DNA from: Octopus bimaculoides
Taxonomy: Eukaryota
Assembly: GCF_001194135.2 (NCBI RefSeq)
Contig: NC_068987.1
Location: 9,152,469 to 9,194,222 of the forward strand
DNA: 41,754 nucleotides
Direction of reading: 5' to 3'
Of this stretch, positions 22,225 through 32,639 are shown piece by piece (position 1 is the stretch's first letter; every line of letters begins with the position of its first letter). The notes beneath the pieces were generated by a model. That model worked only from the letters and a program-made list of their open reading frames with translations, did not search any database and was not told the origin of the DNA. The position numbers and the translations under genes are program-made.

Positions 22225-22375
22225 TTTCTCTCCTTGTTTCTTTCTGTGTTCCTTTCTGTGGAAGAGCGTAGGCCCGAAACGTTAAAGACTTTCTCTATTC
22301 CCGAGCGTTATACTAATACATCCATTTGTTGTTTACACCACTTGTCTTCGTCTGTTGTTTTTTCGTGAATTCTCA
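22225..22375 (+). mobile_element. Family E: probable Penelope-like element terminal-repeat relic with a degenerate hammerhead-like core
   Basis: cttt-ctgtgga-a-gagcgtaggccc-gaaac-gtt-aaag; homologous segments at 23215-23305, 37455-37575 and 40425-40612. Confidence 0.55.
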
Positions 22376-22704
22376 TATATATATATATATATATATGAAA
22401 CCGGTATGTGTAAAAGTTACGAAAAATCATTATATATGTCTTATATATGCAAACTGTTTAACGCCTTGAACATTCAAAAGTTATCGCATATCCCATGAAT
22501 GAAGCATTGGTCAAACTTAGTAATCGATGGTGCCTGTCAACGCAGCAGCAGCAGTAGCAGCAGTAGCAGTGTTACTAGTAGCAGGAGGAGTGGAGGAGGA
22601 GAAAGATTATCACCGATTCAATATTTCAAGAAAGATCATTGGATTACCAGAATCGTTAGAGAGTTGGAATGTTTTATTTTGGGATGCTTGCTCCGGGTCT
22701 TTGC

Positions 22705-22800
22705 TTGTAAGTTCAAACCCCATGGAGGTTCAACTCGACTCGGCCTTTTTATCCTTCTCGGGTTGATTAATAAAGTACTAGATGTATACTAATCCGATTT
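22705..22800 (+). mobile_element. SINE family A internal fragment, very diverged
   Basis: gtaagttcaaacccc...gactcggcctttttatccttctcgggttgattaataaagtac. Confidence 0.5.
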
Positions 22801-22834
22801 AATCGATATAATAAGCATTAGATTTTAAAATAGA

Positions 22835-22920
22835 TACCTGTGTCAATTTGATCGACGGAGCATTTTAAGACAATGTCCCGATGTAGCTGCAGTCCAGTGA
22901 CTGAAGCAAGTAAAATAAAT
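22835..22920 (+). mobile_element. SINE family B tail remnant
   Basis: gtcaatttgatcgac...gctgcagtccagtgactgaagcaagtaaaat. Confidence 0.6.
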
Positions 22921-23214
22921 ATAATCTTCATACTCAAACGAGAATAAAGATCATTCAATTCTTTATGTAGAGTTTGTGTATGAATGGAATTAGTTGATGA
23001 TTCAGACGTCAATTACTCAGAGTTTTCTCATAGGCAAGAAAGCGTGCGTGTATTCAATTAAATAACCACGATGAGTAATTGCCGAGATCAGGTTGATTAG
23101 ACACGTGCTTTCATGACTATGAAACTCTGAGTAAAGTCCATGTGACTCTTCGTCACTCGGCAACTCTACTCACGGATACTTCCATTTATGCTGACGAAGG
23201 CAGGTGTATGAACA

Positions 23215-23305
23215 ACAAGCAAGTGTACTAGTTTGACGCTCGAGAAAATTTTAAAAGTCTTTTACGTTTCGAGCAACAGAAAGGAATAAGAGAAAATAAA
23301 CAAAG
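23215..23305 (-). mobile_element. Family E relic, internally deleted
   Basis: Reverse strand ttcctttctgttgctcgaaacgtaaaagactttt...gagcgtcaaactagtac. Confidence 0.5.
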
Positions 23306-23351
23306 AGATAATGAAAAAAAAAAACTTTAGATTTCAGCAGTCCAACATGAC

Positions 23352-23394
<43 letters not shown>

Positions 23395-23429
23395 GGAGTA
23401 AGCATATAAATGTGAAGGAAGGTGGAAAA

Positions 23430-23570
23430 AGGGTTCGGCAAAAGAGACCGATAGAATAAGTACTAGGCTTAACAAAGAATAAGTCCCGGGGTCGATTTGC
23501 TCGACTAAAGGCGGTGCTCCAGCATGGCTGCAGTCAAATGACTGAAACAAGTAAACGAGTAAAGAGAGTA
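23430..23570 (+). mobile_element. SINE family B tail, well preserved
   Basis: ggttcggcaaaagagaccgatagaataagtactaggc...aaggcggtgctccagcatggctgcagtcaaatgactgaaacaagtaaa. Confidence 0.9.
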
Positions 23571-24179
23571 GATATATAACACATAATACATATATATTTA
23601 TATACACGTATATATGTAACACATATAATATATATAATGTATATATGTCTATGTCTGTATATAAAAAATATATATATGTTAACGTTTATATATATAATGC
23701 ATATAATATGTATATACATAATACATATACATATAACATGTATAATATATATTGCATGAGTGTGTGTGTATGTGTGTAATACACACACTTATATAACACA
23801 GTATATAAATATCATTTCGCATATTTTATATCATGCAACTCGTACTGTGTGACACACCCTTCATTAGTTGTCGTCGATTCAAGATCAAAGCAGTATCAAC
23901 AACTTCCGACAGTCTTGTTCCCCGCCAGCAATACAAAACAGCATTGATAGTACTATGGAGTGTTCGGATATATTTTCGCCTACACTGAGGTACCCTCTTA
24001 CCCTCCGACATCCATGCAAGCTCCACAAAAACCGGATGCAGCTGGTTGGAATTGTGTCAGTGACCAGAGGAAGTAAGCGAGAAGTGAACATAACAGTTTT
24101 TTTTTTCTACGTATGTCAAGAGCTAAAATGATTCACTCACGCTGTAATACGCATGTGTGTATATATGTTATATATAATT

Positions 24180-24500
24180 GAGTGATAGAGCAACGAACGC
24201 CAGCAAAGCGACACTGGGGTACAAATACACGAAGCCCAATATACCCATCATGACTACCCGTCTGATAAGGGTACACCAGGCACATGCGTCACAACCATAT
24301 GTGCGAGACATGGTGATCTCATATCAAGATAAACAAAGCATGACCTTGCAGGTGGGGCCCAGTTAGAATTTTATTCAGGTCGATTAGCCCATCCCGCTCA
24401 CAAGGTCCCTGAATAAGGTATGTTTAAGGATGATGAACAAAATAACCACGTTTCCAGGCGTGAATGATTCAAATCCCGCAAAAAATTCCTCTCAACACAC
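24180..24500. mobile_element. Unclassified, probably interspersed-repeat-derived non-coding segment
   Basis: GC-richer island between microsatellites (catcatgactacccgtctgataagggtacacc...gcaggtggggcccagttag). I recall it as a recurrent octopus repeat, but there is no second copy here. Confidence 0.3.
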
Positions 24501-24740
24501 GTGTTATGTATGTATGTATGTATGTATGTATGTATGTATGTATGTATGAATGTATGCATGCATGCATGTATGTATTCTTGTATGTAGGTAGGTAGGTACG
24601 TCCGTCTGCGAATGTGTATGCTTGCGTGTGTCTGTGCTGAAAGTGTGTATATGCGTGCAAGTAAATCGTTGATAGTAACATCGAAGTTTCAGCGATGTGT
24701 GTGTGTCTGTGCGTGCGTGCGTGCGTGCGTGTGTGTGTGT

Positions 24741-24776
<36 letters not shown>

Positions 24777-25236
24777 NNNNNNNNNNNNNNNNNNNNNNNN
24801 NNNNNNNNNNNNNNNNNNNNNNNNNNNNNNNNNNNNNNNNNNNNNNNNNNNNNNNNNNNNNNNNNNNNNNNNNNNNNNNNNNNNNNNNNNNNNNNNNNNN
24901 NNNNNNNNNNNNNNNNNNNNNNNNNNNNNNNNNNNNNNNNNNNNNNNNNNNNNNNNNNNNNNNNNNNNNNNNNNNNNNNNNNNNNNNNNNNNNNNNNNNN
25001 NNNNNNNNNNNNNNNNNNNNNNNNNNNNNNNNNNNNNNNNNNNNNNNNNNNNNNNNNNNNNNNNNNNNNNNNNNNNNNNNNNNNNNNNNNNNNNNNNNNN
25101 NNNNNNNNNNNNNNNNNNNNNNNNNNNNNNNNNNNNNNNNNNNNNNNNNNNNNNNNNNNNNNNNNNNNNNNNNNNNNNNNNNNNNNNNNNNNNNNNNNNN
25201 NNNNNNNNNNNNNNNNNNNNNNNNNNNNNNCTACAT

Positions 25237-25345
25237 CAATGGTTCTCAACTGGGGTTCACATGGCCCTTAGGGGGTCCATATAAGATTTTGATATTAAAC
25301 TTTATGAGCAATAAATTGCTTATACTTCTACGATACACAACGACC
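25237..25345 (+). mobile_element. hAT-type MITE left end, truncated
   Basis: caatggttctcaactggggttcacatgg...ggtccatataagattttg...aaactttatgagcaataaattgcttatacttctacgatacacaa is homologous to 11394-11510. Confidence 0.75.
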
Positions 25346-25462
25346 GAAATTTTTTTTTGGGGGGGGGGACCAGTCGATTCGATCGACCTCAGTACGCAAC
25401 TGGTACTTAATTTATCGACCTCGAAAGGATGAAAGGCAAAGTCGACCTCGGCGGAATTTGAA
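25345..25462 (-). mobile_element. SINE family A, truncated at the B box
   Basis: ggaccagtcgattcgatcgacc...cgaaaggatgaaaggcaaagtcgacctcggcggaatttgaac, then stops. Confidence 0.88.
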
Positions 25463-25474
25463 CAATATGGCTGC

Positions 25475-25887
25475 TGAAGTAGTTGTATGCTGTCAACTTA
25501 ATGTGACAGTCCCCTGAAGGGAATAATACTACTATTGGTTAGACCTAGGAAGCTGCACCGCTTCCTGTCGGCCTTGACACATTTCCTGTGTCATTATGTT
25601 TACGATGTGGGAGACAAGCACCTCTACCCAGCTAAGCCTGCATCCAGAGATATGTTTCTGAGTCTTTCTGAGTATTTCTGAAGCTGATGACGAGAAAAGA
25701 CTCAGAAACATGTCTCTGGATGCAGGCTTAGCTGGGTGGAGGTGCTTGTCTCCCCCTTGTAAACATAAGGCCACAGGAAATGTGTCAAGGCCGACAGGAA
25801 GCGGTGCAGCTTCCTAGGTCTAACCAACAGTAGTATTATTCCCTTCAGGGGACTGTCACACTAAGTTGAGAGCATACAACTACTTCA
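25475..25887. repeat. Long near-perfect inverted repeat (fold-back): arms 25475-25667 and 25696-25887, 28-nt loop
   Basis: Arms aligned by eye: about 10 differences in ~193 bp, from tgaagtagttgtatgc...gagtcttt to aaagactc...gcatacaactacttca. Confidence 0.97.
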
Positions 25888-26091
25888 TCGTATCACTACT
25901 GCATAAATCTCTCTGGGAGATTTAGAAATGTATTATTTCTAAATATGGCTGCTGAGTCAAGGAACCAACTGGAAATTATGTTACTTTTATCATAAGTGAA
26001 TTTGAAAATTGGAAAAAAACCGAAACAACAGACTCAACTTTAAAATTTGGGGATAACATCATTAGTAGGATATTTGATTAGCAAAAATCAT

Positions 26092-26305
26092 ATGATGAGC
26101 TAGCAGAATCGTTAGCACGTCGGACTATATACACAACAACATTTCCTCCGACTTATTTTTACATTCTGAATCCAATTCTGCCAACCTCTGCTTTGTCTTT
26201 CTTCCTTTCCAGGTCGATTTTATAAAGTACCAGTCAAGTACTAGAATCAATGCAATCAACGTAACCCCGTCCCTAAGATTCATAGCCTTGCGCCAAAATT
26301 TATTA
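26092..26305 (+). mobile_element. SINE family A, strongly diverged
   Basis: gatgagctagcagaatcgttagcacgtcgg...tttccaggtcgattttataaagtaccag...ccttgcgcc. Confidence 0.65.
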
Positions 26306-26677
26306 CTTGTCGATGCACAGAGGGGGAAAAAGACAGATACCATTTTAGGGATCAAAAACTGTGCTATTTACGGATTTTCAAGGACACTATTTTAGGATTT
26401 GTAATGGCCACTTGAACTACTTGTAGCAATGTCAAGAGTTCTTTTTTACTAACAGTTTGCTGTCGATGTGTAAGCCAAGGTGCAGATACAGTGTATGTAT
26501 GTTATATATGACGTATATAATATATAAATTATACATATATGCATACACAAACACATGAATGTATTATATGGGTGTGTGTGTGCATTTTCTGTGCATGTGC
26601 GTGCGTACGGACGCCTGTGTGTGTGTGTGTGTGTGTGTGTGTATGAATTATGTATGTACATGCGAGCTTTTGTGTGT

Positions 26678-26790
26678 CTCCACCCAGTGGACAATCAGTG
26701 TTGTTTTGTTCACGTCCCGTAACTTTGCGATTCGGCAAGTAATTACGGGGGTTGATTTGATAGACCAAACCTTCAAGGGGGTGCCCCCCC
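26678..26790 (+). mobile_element. SINE family B tail remnant
   Basis: gttcacgtcccgtaactttgcgattcggcaa...ccttcaagggggtgcccc. Confidence 0.5.
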
Positions 26791-27002
26791 CCAATATTTG
26801 AGATTGATCTTAGGAATAAAGAAAGTATGTACAGAAGCTCTGTTGTTAATCCTGCACAATTAGAAAACAGAGACAGCGAGAGACAACATATATATACTTG
26901 TAGGCGGTACTCCAGCATGTGCGTGTGTGCGGGCGCCTGTGCGTGTGTGTGTGTGTGTGTGTGTAAAATCGGAGATATAGCAAGCTATCACAAAACAGTT
27001 AA

Positions 27003-27210
27003 ATAATAGGCACAAGGCCAGAAATTTGTGGGGAGGGGCACAGTCGATTACATCGACTCCAGTACTTGACCGGTTCTTAATTTATCGACCCCGAAAGGAT
27101 GAAAGGCAAAGTCGACCTCGGCGGAATTTGAACTCAGAACGCAGCGGCAGACGAAATACCGCTAAGCATTTCGTCCGGCGTGTTAACGTTTCTGCCAGCT
27201 CGCCGCCTTA
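27003..27210 (-). mobile_element. SINE family A, full-length
   Basis: ggcacaaggccagaaattt...gccagctcgccgcctt; its 5' flank matches that of A1. Confidence 0.92.
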
Positions 27211-27577
27211 ATTCGAAGTAAATATTGACCTAACTGCCATCCTGACATTCTCAAAGGTCAAGTATAGGCATGAGTCTATACGCTTCATTGAAGCCAGCAA
27301 ACGTCTTTTTTTTTTTTTTTGGCCGTCGTATTTGCTTCTTGATGCCAGAGGTTGAATATCTTTCAAAGTTTAACACTGGCAACACACACATACAGACACG
27401 TTTCACTTAGGATTACCTTTTTTAAGACGATACACACAGAAAACTATTGCAGAGCATCAGTGAACCTCAAAAATTTGTTGATCGTTTTGATGCCAGCATG
27501 TGATATCTCTAGCCTACTTGTGTTACGGTAAAAATCACAGAGAAAATTTCTCAGAAGACTTCAGCATATATCAACGA

Positions 27578-27885
27578 CATCATTTAACGTCCATTTTTGT
27601 AGCGGGACGGGTTAAACGATTCAACAGGAACTGGCGACTCTGAGGACTGAGCTAAGTTCCAATGTCTGTTGCTAGATGCCCTTCCTAAAGCTAACACCTT
27701 TACAGAATCTACTGGGTGCTTTTCGTGCGACACCGACACCATTGAAGTCATCAAGTAACTCGCAAGATAAACCCTTCAACTGTGTGGGGAGGAGTTGGAT
27801 TGAGGAAGGTGGCTTTATGCCAGGTGATGAGAGGTTAACGTATGATTGCAGGACAGGGGTGGTACATGGATTCCCCAGCTGGAGA
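27578..27885 (-). mobile_element. Probable RTE-tailed non-autonomous retroelement remnant
   Basis: catcatttaacgtccatttt...gatgcccttcctaaagctaac...gggtgcttttcgtg resembles RTE-type 3' ends as I recall them; single copy. Confidence 0.4.
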
Positions 27886-28138
27886 AGAGAGATTGTGGTC
27901 AGGTTCAAAAATTAAAAATCCCAATATAAAAATTGACTGAAATGACGCCATTTTAATTCTGCACTTCTTGCCATTGAGGACTAATTGTTGTGTTTAGCTA
28001 GAAAAGAAGTTCCAGCGTTTAACTTTTTTAAGGTTAAGTGAAACCAGAGTGACAACAACCATCATACAGTTTCATTTTAGACACCTTATGTCATTGAAAC
28101 CCTTCACCAATAACATGCATCCAATGATCCGTCAGAAT

Positions 28139-28182
<44 letters not shown>

Positions 28183-28247
28183 ATATATATATATATATAT
28201 AAATGAGGGTATATATGTATATATATGTATGTATACATATATATATA

Positions 28248-28422
28248 CACGATGGGCTTCCGCACAGTTTCCGTCTACAAAATTCAATCACAAAGTATTA
28301 GTCGGCCGGCTCAGGTATATTGTAGATGACACTTGCCTAAGTTACCGCTCTGTGGGACGGGAACTGAAACCAAGTGGCCTGCAAAGCGAGCTTCTTTAAT
28401 ACACAGTCATACTTTCGCCTGT
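28248..28422 (-). mobile_element. SINE family B head, diverged
   Basis: cgatgggcttccgcacagtttccgtctac...gacacttgcctaag...gtgggac...atacacagtcatac. Confidence 0.75.
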
Positions 28423-28884
28423 AATTTTCCAAATTCCATCAGGTCCTTCTACAATCCAATCATACTGTTTCAGTGTTAAAGCAGAAGCAGCCAACACACT
28501 CCTTACGAACCTGACCCTACCTATACCTGTGCAAACCTGATTGGCTAACGATGAGACCATTATACTTTCCGGATGTAGCAAAGATGATGTACGTATACAT
28601 ACCAGAAATTCTCATAATTTTTGTTAGTGTACATACGATATTCCACTTCAAGAGATTTTGAATTTCCATGTGTCGAAGCTTATATAATGTTCAACAACAA
28701 CCCCAAGATCAGATGTTAGCAGCAGCTGCGCTGCATGAAGAAAGAGACCAGCTTTTTCTGTCACACACAGCTTACTTGTAAGATGTTGGAAAGCCGAACA
28801 ATCTTTATGCAATTAAGTTCTCTAGAGGTGGGAAACCTATGCTCTGCACATTATAATGAAGCACTTCATTGAAAACTATTTGTC

Positions 28885-29345
28885 ACTGTGTAGTTAAGAA
28901 GCTTGCTTCTGAACGATGTTATCTTGGGTTCGATCCCATTGCACGGCACCTTTTGGGCAAGTGTCTCCTACTATAGCCCCGAGCCGACCAAAGACTTGTA
29001 AGACGATTTGGTAAATAGAAACTGTGAGGAAGACTGTCATGCATGTGTGTATGTGTGTGTGTGTGTGTGTATGTGTGTGTGTGTGCGCGTGTGTGTGTGT
29101 GTGTGTGTGCGTGCGTTTGTGTTTGTACTGTGTTTTTCCACTCACCACCACGGCTTCATAACTGGTGCTGGCTTGTTTACGTCCCTGTAACTTAACGGTT
29201 TAGCAAAACAGAACCCATAGAATAAGAACCAGACTCTACAAAAAAACCTCAAAGTACTTAGGTAGATTTTTTTCAAACTAAAACCCTTCAAGGCGATGCC
29301 CCAGCATGGCTGCAGTCCAATGACTGAAACAAGCGAAAGATAAAA
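28885..29345 (+). mobile_element. SINE family B, full-length diverged, with internal TG microsatellite
   Basis: gtgtagttaagaagcttgc...gggttcgatcc...gggcaagtgtctcctactatagcc...ccccagcatggctgcagtccaatgactgaaacaag. Confidence 0.85.
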
Positions 29346-29416
29346 AACTTTATTTTTCTTTTCTTTTTTTTTTAATTATTATTCATCAATTATCATCATA
29401 ATCATTACTACTACTA

Positions 29417-29449
<33 letters not shown>

Positions 29450-29614
29450 TCACTATTATTGACTGCAAATTTCCCTATTATACTGAATATAGTATTGCAT
29501 TTAGGTAGAATAATCGTTATTGTTTTTTCAAGGAAGTAGACTCAAGCTAACTCATGTGTTTCTCTGTCAACACCGGAAATCCTATTACTGTGTACGAATA
29601 CACATTCAAATGTC

Positions 29615-29686
29615 TGTCTATCTGTCTGTCTGTCTGTCTGTATGTGCATGTGTGTATGTATGTGCATGTGTGTATGTATGTGCGTT

Positions 29687-29768
<82 letters not shown>

Positions 29769-29909
29769 CATGTATGTGTGTGTATGTATGTGTGTGTATG
29801 TATGTGTGTAAGAATGTGTGTACGTATGTATGTATGTCGGTAGGTAGGTAAGTACGTATATAGTTATGCATACAAGCATATAAACCTATTACTCTCTCTC
29901 CTGTGTGTG

Positions 29910-29950
<41 letters not shown>
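29615..29950. repeat. Compound (TCTG)n, (TATG)n and long (TA)n microsatellites
   Basis: Direct reading. Confidence 0.92.
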
Positions 29951-29951
<1 letters not shown>

Positions 29952-30887
29952 TTGCAAGATTTTTTATGTGAAATCGTGTGTTGAAACAGATGTTGTTGTA
30001 CTTGGGGATGGTCATATTGCCAGTTTAGCCAATAAGAACACACGCACTGTATATTTGGTGTTAATTTGCTTCAGCTTTATATTACATTAATCTTATTTCG
30101 GCCAGAGTTCTTTCGTCACACTTCTGTGACCGCATCAAAAACATAGACACGTTGAAGGAGACGCATGCGTAGACACATACAATAGGAATACAAAATACAN
30201 NNNNNNNNNNNNNNNNNNNNNNNNNNNNNNNNNNNNNNNNNNNNNNNNNNNNNNNNNNNNNNNNNNNNNNNNNNNNNNNNNNNNNNNNNNNNNNNNNNNN
30301 NNNNNNNNNNNNNNNNNNNNNNNNNNNNNNNNNNNNNNNNNNNNNNNNNNNNNNNNNNNNNNNNNNNNNNNNNNNNNNNNNNNNNNNNNNNNNNNNNNNN
30401 NNNNNNNNNNNNNNNNNNNNNNNNNNNNNNNNNNNNNNNNNNNNNNNNNNNNNNNNNNNNNNNNNNNNNNNNNNNNNNNNNNNNNNNNNNNNNNNNNNNN
30501 NNNNNNNNNNNNNNNNNNNNNNNNNNNNNNNNNNNNNNNNNNNNNNNNNNNNNNNNNNNNNNNNNNNNNNNNNNNNNNNNNNNNNNNNNNNNNNNNNNNN
30601 NNNNNNNNNNNNNNNNNNNNNNNNNNNNNNNNNNNNNNNNNNNNNNNNNNNNNNNNNNNNNNNNNNNNNNNNNNNNNNNNNNNNNNNNNNNNNNNNNNNN
30701 NNNNNNNNNNNNNNNNNNNNNNNNNNNNNNNNNNNNNNNNNNNNNNNNNNNNNNNNNNNNNNNNNNNNNNNNNNNNNNNNNNNNNNNNNNNNNNNNNNNN
30801 NNNNNNNNNNNNNNNNNNNNNNNNNNNNNNNNNNNNNNNNNNNNNNNNNNNNNNNNNNNNNNNNNNNNNNNNNNNNNNNNNNNNNNC

Positions 30888-31272
30888 ATGGTGTTTGGGG
30901 TGATCACTAGTGATGGCGAGGCTTCTATTCAACTTCCCGCACGGCCTCACACTCAACACGGAGACCTACATCAAGTGAGTGGTGGAAGTAACGTTGCCTT
31001 AGGCGAAGAGGTTGACTGCTGGAAGAACCTCTTTCTGGCAGCAGGACTCTTCACCATGTCACACAAGCATCGCCCCTAACATCTAGCCACCTAACTCCCC
31101 AGACTGCAACGCCTTTCATAATTATGTGTGAGGAGCAGGTGAGCGAGAGACCAACAAAACTCCTTGTAACACCAGCAATGAACTGAAGGCAAAGATTATG
31201 GCAGCATTCACCGACTTAAACAAGGAGACTGTCCAGAAGAGTTCGACGTCGTCTGGAGGCTGTGGTTGAAGT
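30888..31272 (+). pseudogene. Decayed Tc1/mariner transposase C-terminal half, DD37D/maT-like
   Basis: MVFGVITSDG / FPHGLTLNTETYIK*VVEVTLP*AKRLTAGRTSFWQQDSSPCHTS / IAPNI*PPNSPDCNAFHNYV*GAGERETNKTPCNTSNELKAKIMAAFTDLNKETVQK / RRLEAVVE. This has the QQDxAPCH and WPPNSPDxNPLD motifs, with stops, frameshifts and a deletion; the 5' part is in the gap. Confidence 0.9.
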
Positions 31273-31380
31273 CGCTAGGCTTAAAAAGCAAGTACTGGGG
31301 TCAATTCATTCGACTAAAAAAAATTCAAGGTGGTGTCCCAGTATGACCGTAGTCTGATGATTGATACAAATAAAAAGATT
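31273..31380 (+). mobile_element. SINE family B tail remnant
   Basis: ctaggcttaaaaagcaagtactggggtcaattcattcgactaaa...ggtggtgtcccagtatgaccgtagtc. Confidence 0.7.
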
Positions 31381-31691
31381 AAAAAAAGGTATATACACAT
31401 ACACACACACACACACTCATACATACACACACTCACACGTACACACGCACACACACAGATGCACGCACCCACACACGCACACGTACACACGCAAACGTAC
31501 ACACGCACATATACGCTGATACTCACGCAGCCGCCAAAAGAAGGCGTTTAGTTATAGTATCATAGTATGAAGTTGTTGACAGCTAAAGTAGGCGCCTGAA
31601 TAGGAAGGTCTTCATCAGAGACAAACAAGGCAATTATGTAGTTAAGGATATATTATACTATGCCCCCAGAGCGACGAAATGTCCCTTACTC

Positions 31692-31885
31692 CAGCGTTTT
31701 TCAAACTTTTTTTGCCGCGACCCATTTTATTTATCTCACGACGCACTGAAGGGTGGGGACCCACAGTTTGCAAAACGCTGGTTTATACCCGCTTGCGTTT
31801 TTTTCTTTCCTTCAATTTGTCGCGACCCATTTTATTTATCTCGTGACCCACTGAAGGGTCTGGACCCACAATTTGAAAAACGCTG
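31692..31885. mobile_element. Two tandem copies of a ~90-bp hAT-type MITE
   Basis: Copy 1 cagcgtttttcaaac...gtttgcaaaacgctg (31692-31780). Copy 2 (~31794-31885) repeats cgcgacccattttatttatctc...actgaagggt...gacccaca and ends ttgaaaaacgctg. Confidence 0.8.
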
Positions 31886-32344
31886 TCCTAATCCATCTCC
31901 ATTGTTCACTGAATGGATGGATGGATGGATGGGTGGATAGAGGGAGGGATGTGTATTTATTTATGGGTACATGGAGACAATGACTCAAACATACAGATAA
32001 AACCTTCGGTTTTAATGTACAAAATACATATACAATGTATACATGCAAAAAGCGCGAAGGCAGACTCAAAAGGTTTCAGAAGATTAACAATCAAGTATGA
32101 CTATATAGATATATATTGTCTATAGAGCAAAACTTACTCAGGTTGCATAGACTCAAACACTTGGATTCCCCTTATAGCTATTCTTTACCCCGCTGGCTTG
32201 GTCCGCCATCGGAGTGGAAGTTCAAATCATTTCAGCGCCACTGCTTTCAATATTGAGATTCAGTCGATCTCATCTGTTGACTCTTGGCTGAGAGAGAGAG
32301 TGAGCTGATATGCGGCGCGAACATTTGGCCACTCTTTCCTCTCT

Positions 32345-32550
32345 TTTACTCATTAACTTGTTTTAGTCATTTGACTGCGGCCATGCTGGAGCACCGCTTT
32401 TTAATCGAACAAATCGATCCCAGGACTTATTCTCTGTAAGCTTAGTACTTATTCTATCGATCTCTTTTGCGGAACCGCTAAGTTACGGGGACGTAATCAC
32501 ACCATCATCGGTTGTCAAGTGATGTTTGGGGGACAAACACAGACACACAA

Positions 32551-32639
<89 letters not shown>

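Noticed and set aside
23190-23215. ctgacgaaggcagg hammerhead-like start
   Set aside because: No stem II closure or GAAA follows on the same strand.
23900-23975. Minus-strand peptide LHSTINAVLYCWR resembling a GPCR TM7 NPxxY motif
   Set aside because: The preceding residues (SEGKRVPQCRRKY) are not hydrophobic, the Pro is absent, and no other TM segments are found; likely chance.
28425-28830. Possible minus-strand exons (ELNCIKIVRLSNILQ|gtaagc and VCTGIGRVRFVRSVLAASALTLKQYDWIVEGPDGIWKITG)
   Set aside because: No recognisable protein family, and the second segment's apparent donor lies inside a SINE-B head.
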